DNA from: a virus
Lineage: Duplodnaviria > Caudoviricetes
IMG/VR virus record: IMGVR_UViG_3300027844_000349
Span: 1 to 57,411 of that record
Strand: one strand, 5' to 3'
Length of the DNA: 57,411 bases
Shown here: positions 8,684 to 17,005 of the stretch, in pieces
Layout of the letters: each line of letters begins with the position of its first letter
Numbering within the stretch: the first letter of the stretch is position 1
Translations under genes and position numbers: made by a program
Notes under the pieces: model-generated
The model's database searches: none
What the model was told of the DNA's origin: nothing
The model's input: only the letters and a program-made list of their open reading frames with translations

Positions 8684-8866
8684 TTACTCATTATTTATTG
8701 TCTCCCTATGTAATTTATCTGCACAAGGGGCACAAAGCATTACTACTGTACCCCCAAGATTCTGCCATGAGAAATATGTTTTATGCATATCATCTTTAGC
8801 TGCAACCCCACATGGACATATGTATATACTTTCTTCTTTATACTGTACGTTCTTCTTTCTTGCCAC
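8684..8866 (-). CDS. small zinc-ribbon protein
   Basis: CPCG..CAPC. Confidence 0.55.
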   Translation of the reverse strand: MARKKNVQYKEESIYICPCGVAAKDDMHKTYFSWQNLGGTVVMLCAPCADKLHRETINNE

Positions 8867-9388
8867 TTACGTAGTCTCTCCTAAGTATCCTGCAAACTGC
8901 ATACCTGGCTCATCATAGAACCATGAGATATGTACATCAGGATGTTGTAGCTTGAGGGTTTCATAGATACTTTCTGGTGGCCCCCAAGCAGTATCAAATG
9001 TATAGACTATATAATCTGCTTCGTAATCTTCCAGTCTAACTTCACAAGCATCCCACTTGCAAGTCCAGTTATCACTACACCAATCATACCAATTATTATG
9101 ACCGTACTTTTCTATGAGTTCGTGACTTCTTTGTTTAGTAATAGGTAAGTTACCCAATGCAAACTCTGACTCAGAACGATCTTTCTTATACTTTTCTATA
9201 TCTTCTTCAGCATCTACTATAGTAACAGGAGAACCTATCCCATGCAACTCATCAGGGAATGGGATAATAGCATCAAAGCTAAACAGATTATTAAAATTAC
9301 TACTGTATCCTTTAACTGCCTCTTTAAATGCTTTCACATCTGCTGCATCACCAGATATTGTTACTCGATTGCTACACCAATTAGGCAT
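8867..9388 (-). CDS. DUF1281/YubB ferredoxin-like-fold protein
   Basis: MPNWCSNRVTISG, WYDWCSDNWTCKWD, FDTAWGPP, YDEPGMQFAG. Confidence 0.75.
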   Translation of the reverse strand: MPNWCSNRVTISGDAADVKAFKEAVKGYSSNFNNLFSFDAIIPFPDELHGIGSPVTIVDAEEDIEKYKKDRSESEFALGNLPITKQRSHELIEKYGHNNWYDWCSDNWTCKWDACEVRLEDYEADYIVYTFDTAWGPPESIYETLKLQHPDVHISWFYDEPGMQFAGYLGETT

Positions 9389-9584
9389 CGTCATCTGCTC
9401 CGCTAAAAATTTGGTCTTGACACGACTGACAGTATCCACTAATCATGTATTCTTTTCTACTGACTTCATCAATAAAAATGAACGCTTCATCTCCACACTT
9501 AACACAATGCTGCATCTCAATAGATACTCTCATCGACCTACCGTATAAACTTAAAGCTATCTTCTCTGCAAAATCCTCAACCAT
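9381..9584 (-). CDS. small zinc-ribbon protein
   Basis: CVKC..KEYMISGYCQSCQD. Confidence 0.65.
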   Translation of the reverse strand: MVEDFAEKIALSLYGRSMRVSIEMQHCVKCGDEAFIFIDEVSRKEYMISGYCQSCQDQIFSGADDDA

Positions 9585-9820
9585 TATTCTTTATCCTCTT
9601 CTATACTTCTATAGGTATCCAATGCTTGTTGAGCTGCCTCTAACTGAGTTCTAAGGGAACTGTTAACTGAGTGAAGAATACGTACTGACTCAGCTAAAGA
9701 TAAATAATCCTCAAACAATACTAACGAGACATCCTTCGGTTCCATATCTGGTATCTCATTTATCATTAGTGACATTAAATTTGTTGCTCCTTCTCTTCTA
9801 GTACTTGAAATACTCTCCAC
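9584..9820 (-). CDS. hypothetical protein
   Basis: ORF track; start uncertain. Confidence 0.5.
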   Translation of the reverse strand: MESISSTRREGATNLMSLMINEIPDMEPKDVSLVLFEDYLSLAESVRILHSVNSSLRTQLEAAQQALDTYRSIEEDKE

Positions 9821-9993
9821 ATAGAAGGGAAACTTTCCTGAAGGATTGATAACATATCTGCCATGTCACTATCCTGTCTCTCAGTTATAGAAGTTACTTT
9901 GCCTAATTCTTTATGAGCTATGTATAAAGCTTTAGCAATAATAAACTTCCCCCTCAGTGTATTACTCAATAGTTCTTGTGTGTGTACTGGCAT
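9775..9993 (-). CDS. hypothetical protein
   Basis: ORF track; TAATG coupling. Confidence 0.6.
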   Translation of the reverse strand: MPVHTQELLSNTLRGKFIIAKALYIAHKELGKVTSITERQDSDMADMLSILQESFPSMWRVFQVLEEKEQQI

Positions 9994-10178
9994 TAGTCAT
10001 CACCCTTTATTTCTTTCATTTCAGTGTAGTTATTTTCAAAGTCTTCCAAACCTTCTTCACTAGAATAATATTCTTCTAGTTGTTGTTTAGCATATGTTTC
10101 TAATTCAGGTATATCCATATGCTCAACAATCCATTCTGTTAGTTCTTCTATCTGCTCTTCTTTATTACCAGAGGTCAT
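9993..10178 (-). CDS. acidic helical protein, paralog C
   Basis: AGGAG RBS; similar to 8034..8291. Confidence 0.65.
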   Translation of the reverse strand: MTSGNKEEQIEELTEWIVEHMDIPELETYAKQQLEEYYSSEEGLEDFENNYTEMKEIKGDD

Positions 10179-10332
10179 AACCTTCTCCTAACTTATTTCT
10201 ACAAACCTGACAGAACTTACCGTTCTTCTCTAGCAATTTCTTACCACAACTGTAGCAACCATAAAAGGGAATTGTGTTTCTCCACGGTCTGTAACTATCC
10301 TTATCTTTTTTATGTGTAGCATTCTTAGCCAA
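10165..10332 (-). CDS. 55-aa zinc-ribbon protein (TTG start, not in ORF track)
   Basis: AGGAGAGG RBS; ..GCYSCGKKLLEKNGKFCQVC..; fills the gap between neighbouring genes. Confidence 0.55.
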   Translation of the reverse strand: MAKNATHKKDKDSYRPWRNTIPFYGCYSCGKKLLEKNGKFCQVCRNKLGEGYDLW

Positions 10333-10768
10333 GTCTTGTACCTCTCCTTACTGTACGTCTAGTATAACTACGCTTCTGTTCTCCAATAGGATATGGCCCC
10401 CCAAGAAATGGTAGTAAATTTCTAACGTGGCTTATAAGTATATCATACTTCCCATCTATTTGTGCGAAGGCCCAACCACCACTATCTATAAAGTACATAT
10501 CATATTCAATGAGGACATCTGTATTTAAATGGAAATTCTTATGCTTGGATACTAAGGATAAGATACGTTTCTCAACTCCCTTAGTTCTACTAGACTCACT
10601 GTTATATTTAAGTATAGGAATGTCTCTTGTTCGTACTGTTTCACTTAAGTCAAGTATAGAAACACCGACATTATCATCAGCCCTGATATTACTAAGAGAA
10701 ATCTCTCGTACTGAGATAGCATTGTTTACCTCCTTTGGTTTATTTTTAGAACCTTTTCTTCTGCCCAT
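10325..10768 (-). CDS. hypothetical protein with AT-hook-like basic N-terminus
   Basis: MGRRKGSKNKPK; GGAGG RBS. Confidence 0.6.
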   Translation of the reverse strand: MGRRKGSKNKPKEVNNAISVREISLSNIRADDNVGVSILDLSETVRTRDIPILKYNSESSRTKGVEKRILSLVSKHKNFHLNTDVLIEYDMYFIDSGGWAFAQIDGKYDILISHVRNLLPFLGGPYPIGEQKRSYTRRTVRRGTRLG

Positions 10769-10769
10769 G

Positions 10770-11003
10770 TTATTCTGCCTCCACTATCTGTGCAAAGATA
10801 GTAACATATCCATACTGTTGTTCAAACCAAGCATACATGCTGAACAAGAATGGAAATATTCTTACCCTATTATTTAAAGTATCTGTAAGATAGAGCGTTA
10901 AGTTAGTTCTAGTTAGATGGAACCTACCTCGTTCAGTAGTCTTAGTCTCTCTAGAAAACCAGCTAGGTATATCATCAATTGGTATGAAGATTATCATCTC
11001 CAA
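10770..11003 (-). CDS. hypothetical protein
   Basis: ORF track. Confidence 0.5.
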   Translation of the reverse strand: MEMIIFIPIDDIPSWFSRETKTTERGRFHLTRTNLTLYLTDTLNNRVRIFPFLFSMYAWFEQQYGYVTIFAQIVEAE

Positions 11004-11254
11004 TCTTGATTCTCTATCCTATTAATATATCTATTTAACCATAGACCTAACCCAATCCTAAACCTAGCTTCCTCCTTAAGAGTTGGGAACTCATTCTTAT
11101 TAGTGAAAGCTAGGGCTAGGTTAAAGCCATTAATAAAATCTATTGGGTCATCAAGCATGATATCACGGGAGAAGATACGAGGGTCTAGAAACTCCTCCAA
11201 TGCTTCTGGACTAACAAAGTTTTTAAAGTAATCCAAATCATAATTATCCATCAT
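10994..11254 (-). CDS. hypothetical protein
   Basis: ORF track; AAGGAG RBS. Confidence 0.6.
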   Translation of the reverse strand: MMDNYDLDYFKNFVSPEALEEFLDPRIFSRDIMLDDPIDFINGFNLALAFTNKNEFPTLKEEARFRIGLGLWLNRYINRIENQDWR

Positions 11255-11273
11255 ATACTTCTCCTTAATATCT

Positions 11274-12317
11274 TTAGTTACATAGAGACAAGGCAGTTTT
11301 AAATGCCCTACTCTTAGCTTCAGCTCTCATGCCAAAGATAGAAGTAGCAGAATTAGCACGGCCTTTACGGAAATCCTCTGTCTCTACTACAGCTTGCCAT
11401 GCTCCCCAAGGAGTATTAGCTAGCTTGCTATTCTTATCATTAAAGAATTGATACCTATCCCATGCTCCAGTACGAATAGCATCTAAACGATTAAGCCGCC
11501 TTTCATACTCATCTTGATGATGGGTCTTGTCATTTAGAATAGACAACCAAACTTCTTTACTCACATCATCAGGAGTAATGTCCTGAGATAGAGTAAGTCT
11601 ACGAGGTTTAGATGCTTCAGGATATGCAGAATTAATAATAGTCATGGCTTCTGTATTATCAATCCTATACTCTGCTAGTCTATTCATGACAGGGATAACC
11701 TTTTCTTTAGCCTGGAGCATGTTATTAAATAGGTAGACATACCACTCAGCATCTTGCTGAATGTTACGGTTATGCTTTAGGTTTACAGATACCTTAGCAG
11801 AAGCTAATCCAGTAGTCAAGGTGTTCTGACACACTACCCGTACTGGAGTGAAGGCAATAGATAAAGCACCCATGCCATCACGATGGTCTGTAACTAGGTA
11901 ATACATATGATGGTCTTCACCAGCGATGGCTCCCTCACCTGCATCTAGTGTCATGAATATCTTTTCACCATGACCTAGGGCACCCATAGTTTCTACGGGA
12001 TATGTCTCAGAGATAGGGTCTAGCATCTTAGCTAAGTCCCAAGCCTGGATAGGAGTCCATTCTTTACCTACCATTGATAGAACCCTATCTTGAGGGTCAT
12101 CATCAGTAGGTTCACGAACTACACCATAATGTCCAGACTCCATGAACTGCCCATTCTCAAGCTGAATAAAAGCAGGGAGTTTCCTAACAGGGAAACCAAT
12201 CTTAGATATCTTCATCGCTTCAGTAGCTGTCATATCAGCATCCATAACTGTACCGACTCGATGCCATGCTGGAGTCCGACGACCAAAGAACCTGTCACCA
12301 AATATGTTAGCTGCCAT
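11274..12317 (-). CDS. DUF932 family phage/plasmid-like protein (TIGR03299-like)
   Basis: PAWHRVG, ETMGALGHGEKIF, HRDG..TPVRVVCQNTL, TPWGAWQAVVE. Confidence 0.8.
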   Translation of the reverse strand: MAANIFGDRFFGRRTPAWHRVGTVMDADMTATEAMKISKIGFPVRKLPAFIQLENGQFMESGHYGVVREPTDDDPQDRVLSMVGKEWTPIQAWDLAKMLDPISETYPVETMGALGHGEKIFMTLDAGEGAIAGEDHHMYYLVTDHRDGMGALSIAFTPVRVVCQNTLTTGLASAKVSVNLKHNRNIQQDAEWYVYLFNNMLQAKEKVIPVMNRLAEYRIDNTEAMTIINSAYPEASKPRRLTLSQDITPDDVSKEVWLSILNDKTHHQDEYERRLNRLDAIRTGAWDRYQFFNDKNSKLANTPWGAWQAVVETEDFRKGRANSATSIFGMRAEAKSRAFKTALSLCN

Positions 12318-12333
12318 AATTTATTCTGTCTCC

Positions 12334-12564
12334 TTATCTTCGTGTGTTAGCATTTTCTTGAGCAAGGATTCTTCTGCGTTCTTCAGAAGACATGCGGGAA
12401 GGCTTTACTTTACTAGGGTCTAACTGTTTAATAGAATTAAACTCTAGGTTGTGGTCAGAAGGTCTTTGCATTAGACCTCCCTTACTGGGTATCTGAACAC
12501 AACCTGATTCATTAGCTCTATTCATCGTGGGCTTACCACTAAGTATATACTTTTTACGGCTCAT
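12334..12564 (-). CDS. hypothetical basic protein
   Basis: ORF track. Confidence 0.55.
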   Translation of the reverse strand: MSRKKYILSGKPTMNRANESGCVQIPSKGGLMQRPSDHNLEFNSIKQLDPSKVKPSRMSSEERRRILAQENANTRR

Positions 12565-13190
12565 TAAGTTCGTACTCCTACTTGTCTACTTATACCCTTG
12601 TCCATTCTCCACTGCAACCATGTCTGCGCTTGAAGTACATTGGGATGGACACCCCTCAACTTAGCTGCTTTGACATAGGCTCCTGATATTCTCTTATAAA
12701 TGACAGGAGATTGCAATTGATTCAACTCTCGTTCTGCAAGTGACCGACCCATATACACTGCGGAAGCATGTCGGTCTACTACAGGATGGTTATCCCCAGT
12801 AGGGTCAACTATGGCTTTATAGAAAGGAACAACCTTACGTCCTTTCAATACTTCTAATGGATGTTCTCCATCTAGGATACGGAGAGCTTTCATATTGTTA
12901 ATAGTAGTCTGTCCTGTAGCATGACCTGTACCTATTAACATGTGTGCCATATGAATGTTGTCTCCCCACTCAGTTTGTGGAGATAGAGCTGCTAGTATAC
13001 CAGCCCCTACTTGTACTCGTCCAGCATCACCTTTATATCCAGCCAACTTACCTAAGCTAATAGCAACCTCATGTGCTTCAGGATACCACCGTTCTCCAAT
13101 TACTTCACACTCATCACTGAGTTCTAGATTAAGAATATTTCGGAAGCTGCCCTTGACATCATTAGTTCGCTCTTTCTTATAGTTACGCAC
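12564..13190 (-). CDS. DUF7178-like protein (HhH DNA-glycosylase-like motifs)
   Basis: WYPEAH, AALSPQTEW..N, GRKVVPFY, VVDRHA, LQAQTW; start moved to GTG after AAGGAG. Confidence 0.6.
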   Translation of the reverse strand: MRNYKKERTNDVKGSFRNILNLELSDECEVIGERWYPEAHEVAISLGKLAGYKGDAGRVQVGAGILAALSPQTEWGDNIHMAHMLIGTGHATGQTTINNMKALRILDGEHPLEVLKGRKVVPFYKAIVDPTGDNHPVVDRHASAVYMGRSLAERELNQLQSPVIYKRISGAYVKAAKLRGVHPNVLQAQTWLQWRMDKGISRQVGVRT

Positions 13191-13244
13191 TGTTCTTTTC
13201 TCCTTCAAGAAAAATATAATATATACCCCATACACACCAAGTAA

Positions 13245-13284
13245 AAATAGTGGGGGGGTTCACAAAGTAACCCCCCCACTATTT
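13245..13284. repeat. conserved-loop hairpin family, copy 5
   Basis: AAATAGTGGGGGGGTT-CACAAAGT-AACCCCCCCACTATTT. Confidence 0.9.
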
Positions 13285-13309
13285 AGGTAAAGCCAAGTCA
13301 AGCCCGTAG

Positions 13310-13525
13310 TTATACTAAACGTATATCAACATTAGCTATACAAGTAGTATTGTAACCATCCCCTAAAAATATTGTCCCGTATGATTCTCTATACTCCACA
13401 CGACAACGTAAGCAGAAGCACGTCTTGTTCTCTGTAATCCACTTCAATTGAGCTATAGCACTTTGAGCACTGACAGCATCAACTGTTGCTACGGCATCAT
13501 TATATTTAATGTCACTGTATATCAT
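13310..13525 (-). CDS. small Cys-containing hypothetical protein
   Basis: CFCLRC; GGAGG RBS. Confidence 0.55.
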   Translation of the reverse strand: MIYSDIKYNDAVATVDAVSAQSAIAQLKWITENKTCFCLRCRVEYRESYGTIFLGDGYNTTCIANVDIRLV

Positions 13526-13526
13526 C

Positions 13527-13727
13527 TTAGTCTACCTCCTCATATGTATCAATAGTTTCTTGGTGTTCTTTGTAGCTATCCTCACAACCCACACAGACTA
13601 GTTCTTTATTATAATCTACAGTCATAGTAGTAAAATAAGAATAGTCTTCATCTATATAAGCACACAGATAGCATTGATATGTTGAGTATACTTCTTTAGA
13701 ACTCACTTTCATAATCTCCAACGGCAC
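13527..13727 (-). CDS. small zinc-ribbon protein
   Basis: CYLC..CVGC. Confidence 0.6.
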   Translation of the reverse strand: MPLEIMKVSSKEVYSTYQCYLCAYIDEDYSYFTTMTVDYNKELVCVGCEDSYKEHQETIDTYEEVD

Positions 13728-13929
13728 TCTCCAACTCTACGATAACTTCATCCAGTTCCTCAAGTTGACTGTAAAGCTCATCGGCCTTACCCAGGTTCTC
13801 CTCTAGAACAGTATCTAACTCTTCTAGACGCTGAGTCTTTTCTGCAATACTATCCTTAGTAGACTGTGCATCTCCCCTTGCTATTTCTATTGCACCCATC
13901 AACTCTTGGATTACGGAAGCTGTAGTCAT
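13696..13929 (-). CDS. acidic coiled-coil protein
   Basis: heptad pattern; AGGAG RBS. Confidence 0.7.
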   Translation of the reverse strand: MTTASVIQELMGAIEIARGDAQSTKDSIAEKTQRLEELDTVLEENLGKADELYSQLEELDEVIVELESAVGDYESEF

Positions 13930-13964
13930 TATTGTTTTCTCCTGTATTATTTATTTATTCTAAT

Positions 13965-13973
13965 ATTGTACCA
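13965..13973 (-). promoter_or_regulatory. extended -10 promoter TGGTACAAT
   Basis: between hairpin copy 6 and the RBS of 13929. Confidence 0.5.
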
Positions 13974-13987
13974 CAAACCCACCAACC

Positions 13988-14029
13988 ATATATTTAGGGG
14001 GGTTCACAAAGTAACCCCCCTAAATATAT
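13988..14029. repeat. conserved-loop hairpin family, copy 6
   Basis: ATATATTTAGGGGGGTT-CACAAAGT-AACCCCCCTAAATATAT (17-bp perfect arms). Confidence 0.9.
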
Positions 14030-14061
14030 ATACCAGCCAAGCCAACCAACATACTTAATTA

Positions 14062-14407
14062 CTATTCAAATTCATATCTATAATCAGTCCCTTGTTCTAC
14101 TCTTACTATATATGCTTTCAGCATTTTAAAGATTCCTAAAGAGATACCCAGTGAATTAGAGATTTGAGACTGGCATTCCACACAAGATACTCTAGCATCT
14201 TCACACTCACTATGTATATCAAAACTATTTATTGTACATAGCCCCCTTAAAAATTCCCTATCAGGATGCAGTAGTAAACGGAAACATACAATCTGAATGG
14301 GCTACCCAACCATGAGCACTTTCTATAATACCTAGTATAGGTATGAGAGTATCAGGGAATAGCTCTTGTGTAGCTGTGAGTCTATTACATACTAGACAAG
14401 TATTCAT
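14062..14407 (-). pseudogene. Cys-rich ORF split by a +1 frameshift (or 48-aa ORF followed by a start-less frame)
   Basis: GGAGG-led ATG 14407 reads 48 aa to TGA; the overlapping +1 frame stays open to TAG 14062. Confidence 0.35.
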
Positions 14408-14477
14408 ACGATTGTCACCTCCCGTTTATGCGAATGTTTATCCGCTGCTTTGTACAACAAGTATAGCATAAGCATCC

Positions 14478-14960
14478 TTAAAATTCATCTTCCCCACGGA
14501 GTATTGATGTAGGAATAGTAGTATCTTTAAAGGAAGGAGTAAAGGAATCTAGGACATCCTCTAGCTGTCTTCCCATAAAATACTCAGCTCCATATAGAGC
14601 AAGAAAGATTTTCTTCTTAAGATTAAATCCAACAGGCTCACCACCTACTTGAACATAGCTTTGAGCTACTTCCCGTAAGCAATATAGGTCACCATCATTG
14701 ACTTCAATACGGGCTTCTTTTCCAGCATTCTCTATATCTAATGTATAGAGCACAGCATTAGCAATCTTTTCAATTAGGTCTACAGGAGCAGGTACACATA
14801 GACTAGGAGCCATTGGCCTCATAGTAGCAAAAGGTATTGCACCTTCAGGAGATTCTAACATCATAGTCAAACTGTCGTCTAGATACAGTGCTTCATTACG
14901 GGTTAGGTATACTGGCTTAGTTGGGGTGTCAAATGTTTCATCGTCTGGTTGTTGTGTCAT
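14478..14960 (-). CDS. hypothetical protein
   Basis: ORF track; start moved to ATG 14960 after AGGAGG. Confidence 0.7.
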   Translation of the reverse strand: MTQQPDDETFDTPTKPVYLTRNEALYLDDSLTMMLESPEGAIPFATMRPMAPSLCVPAPVDLIEKIANAVLYTLDIENAGKEARIEVNDGDLYCLREVAQSYVQVGGEPVGFNLKKKIFLALYGAEYFMGRQLEDVLDSFTPSFKDTTIPTSILRGEDEF

Positions 14961-15084
14961 ATTGTATTTTCCTCCTAGTATTGCAACGGGTACATTCAAT
15001 GCCTACCTCTCCTCTAAGGATATACAGGACAGAGAACTTATGCTCCCTGCATAGCAAACAAAAAACTCGTTTTAGTATCTTCAT
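14938..15084 (-). CDS. 48-aa zinc-ribbon protein (not in ORF track)
   Basis: MKILKRVFCLLC..IECTRC.. Confidence 0.45.
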   Translation of the reverse strand: MKILKRVFCLLCREHKFSVLYILRGEVGIECTRCNTRRKIQYDTTTRR

Positions 15085-15086
15085 CT

Positions 15087-15266
15087 CTAAGCGTTTAACA
15101 TATCCATTAATTCATCTCCAAATTCAGATAGACTTTTACGGAATTGAGCATCCTTCTTCTTTTGAGAAGAGTCTTTACCCTGCCCTCGTTCTTTATAAGA
15201 AGCATCAATCTTTCGTGCAGTAGACTTCTTAACTCTTTTTCTATCTCTATGAATCCATTTACTCAT
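15087..15266 (-). CDS. 59-aa basic protein (not in ORF track)
   Basis: MSKWIHRDRKRVKK..; TAATG coupling. Confidence 0.5.
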   Translation of the reverse strand: MSKWIHRDRKRVKKSTARKIDASYKERGQGKDSSQKKKDAQFRKSLSEFGDELMDMLNA

Positions 15267-15544
15267 TATGTTTCTAACTCAGCATTAATATTATTACGAT
15301 ACCAATCAACTAAGCAGTAGCTACATATTGGCCCACTATTATAATCAGGATTGCCATCAACAGCAATCACTAGCGGACTAGATGATTGAAACTTATGTCC
15401 TCTATGGCACCAGTAATGTTCTGCTGTAGTATCCTTACCATCATCTTGAACATGATGGTAAGGAGCCTGAAGAGGTTGCTCAGAATTTTCTAGGCAACAG
15501 GGATGAGAATGATTTGTGTTAGTCATTAGTGCTCTCCGTAACAC
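15266..15544 (-). CDS. zinc-ribbon protein
   Basis: CHRGH..CSYC. Confidence 0.55.
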   Translation of the reverse strand: MLRRALMTNTNHSHPCCLENSEQPLQAPYHHVQDDGKDTTAEHYWCHRGHKFQSSSPLVIAVDGNPDYNSGPICSYCLVDWYRNNINAELET

Positions 15545-16358
15545 CCTGTGAATCTAGAAGGATACTACGCAATGCATCTTTACGCCGTCCCTCTCTACGT
15601 GCTAGAGCTGAATAGAAATCATCATTCTTATCATACAAGAACTGTAGTTCTTGATGGTCAAAGAATTCATACAGCCTGTCTGGGTGAGTACTGAAACCCA
15701 TCCATGTTTGAACATCAAGTCCAAAGCCTAGCTGTGTAACTGTAACTCTACTAGTGAGTCCTAGCAAGTTGAACTCTTCACCACTACCTTGGAACAAACC
15801 ACCACCTGAGTTACCAAAGATACTAGAGGCATTCTGCATCAAGTATGCTTTCTGGTCAATGACTTCTCTAAGGTAAGTAATAGTACCAGGGTTAGGGAAG
15901 GGGTCATGCAATAGAGAGCAACCACTTACCCACACAGGGTCAAACAATTGCAAGCAATCAATCTGGTCTTTAGGAATAACAGATGCTACGTGGGGCAATT
16001 GCCTAGTATTACTATTAAGTTTAATTGCTGCTAAGTCATGATGCTTATCATATGCTATAATTTGACCAGTAGTGGAGTTAGCAGAAACAACCTTACTACC
16101 ATCATAATCAAACACTTCAATGGTTACTTCATCAAGTACATCTCGTTTAACTTCTCGCTTGAGAATAGCATCCCACTCATCTCTAATTTTAATGGCACCA
16201 TCAATAACGTGTTGACATGTCAATAGGATATTAATGAACTTAGTATCATCTTTAGGGTCAGGCTCACTGTAGATTATTACACCACTACCGCCAGCTTGAC
16301 CTGCCCGTACCCTAACTACGGGATATAGTATTTTCTCATGTAACCTTGCTGAATCCAT
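15519..16358 (-). CDS. trypsin-like serine protease
   Basis: GSGVII, LLTCQHV (His), HDLA (Asp), GNSGGGLF (Ser). Confidence 0.85.
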   Translation of the reverse strand: MDSARLHEKILYPVVRVRAGQAGGSGVIIYSEPDPKDDTKFINILLTCQHVIDGAIKIRDEWDAILKREVKRDVLDEVTIEVFDYDGSKVVSANSTTGQIIAYDKHHDLAAIKLNSNTRQLPHVASVIPKDQIDCLQLFDPVWVSGCSLLHDPFPNPGTITYLREVIDQKAYLMQNASSIFGNSGGGLFQGSGEEFNLLGLTSRVTVTQLGFGLDVQTWMGFSTHPDRLYEFFDHQELQFLYDKNDDFYSALARREGRRKDALRSILLDSQGVTESTND

Positions 16359-16411
16359 ATCTACTCCTTACCTCATAACGAATATCGTAAAGCTTTAAGC
16401 TTTACCTAGAC

Positions 16412-16429
16412 TACTATATATTATACCAT
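16412..16429 (-). promoter_or_regulatory. promoter TGGTATAATATATAGTA
   Basis: extended -10; near-identical motif at 55411 and 57295. Confidence 0.55.
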
Positions 16430-16531
16430 GCTTAGAGCAAAATCCTTATTTACGCCCCAAAGCACAACCCTAGAAATCCTATGAATAACAATATCCTGAA
16501 AAACTTAGAACTCTCTTCTACTACCATTCTC

Positions 16532-16972
16532 TCACCTCATTCTATTTAATATTGACTTTGACTTTGTGTGTATCTTAAGCCTAGCCTCCTCTATTGCAGG
16601 AGTAGGCCACCAGTACTTATCTGTACGCCACTTTCTTGGGGAGACACCCTTTAGAGATGCTATGAATCCTGCACCATGAGCAGTACCTTGAAGGTTACAA
16701 TGAACCTTTACTGCATGAGCTAACTCATGTCTAAGCACAGCTTCTGTAGCCTCATCATCCACTAATACCCAAGAAGATATTTCTACTAACCTCTTACCGA
16801 ATGTCTGTCCTGCTACTAGTGGGCCACACGATGGGACTACATAAATAACTGGCACATCTAATCCTTTAGAAGAATTGCCATCTATGAAATCTTTCAGACT
16901 ATCTCTTGTCATGAGCTTCTGCATATATGACTTAAGGGTTGCCTCTTTCATACGTTGAACGTACTTATACAT
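16532..16972 (-). CDS. SprT-like zinc metalloprotease
   Basis: VLRHELAH..AHGAGF. Confidence 0.75.
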   Translation of the reverse strand: MYKYVQRMKEATLKSYMQKLMTRDSLKDFIDGNSSKGLDVPVIYVVPSCGPLVAGQTFGKRLVEISSWVLVDDEATEAVLRHELAHAVKVHCNLQGTAHGAGFIASLKGVSPRKWRTDKYWWPTPAIEEARLKIHTKSKSILNRMR

Positions 16973-17005
16973 TTTGACCCCCCAACCTTTTTAACTTCGT
17001 AAATT

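Noticed and set aside
1747-14029. Hairpin family as a CRISPR array
   Set aside because: Spacing is 0.7-6.9 kb with whole genes in between, and the repeats differ in their stems.
13245-14029. Hairpins as loxP/dif-type dsDNA recombinase sites (arms plus 8-bp spacer)
   Set aside because: Such sites conserve the arm sequence; here the arms vary and the centre is conserved. No tyrosine recombinase is in the window.
14031-14477. Possible tRNA or ncRNA in the largest ORF-free gap
   Set aside because: No cloverleaf or T-arm signature; the gap is explained by small or frameshifted ORFs.
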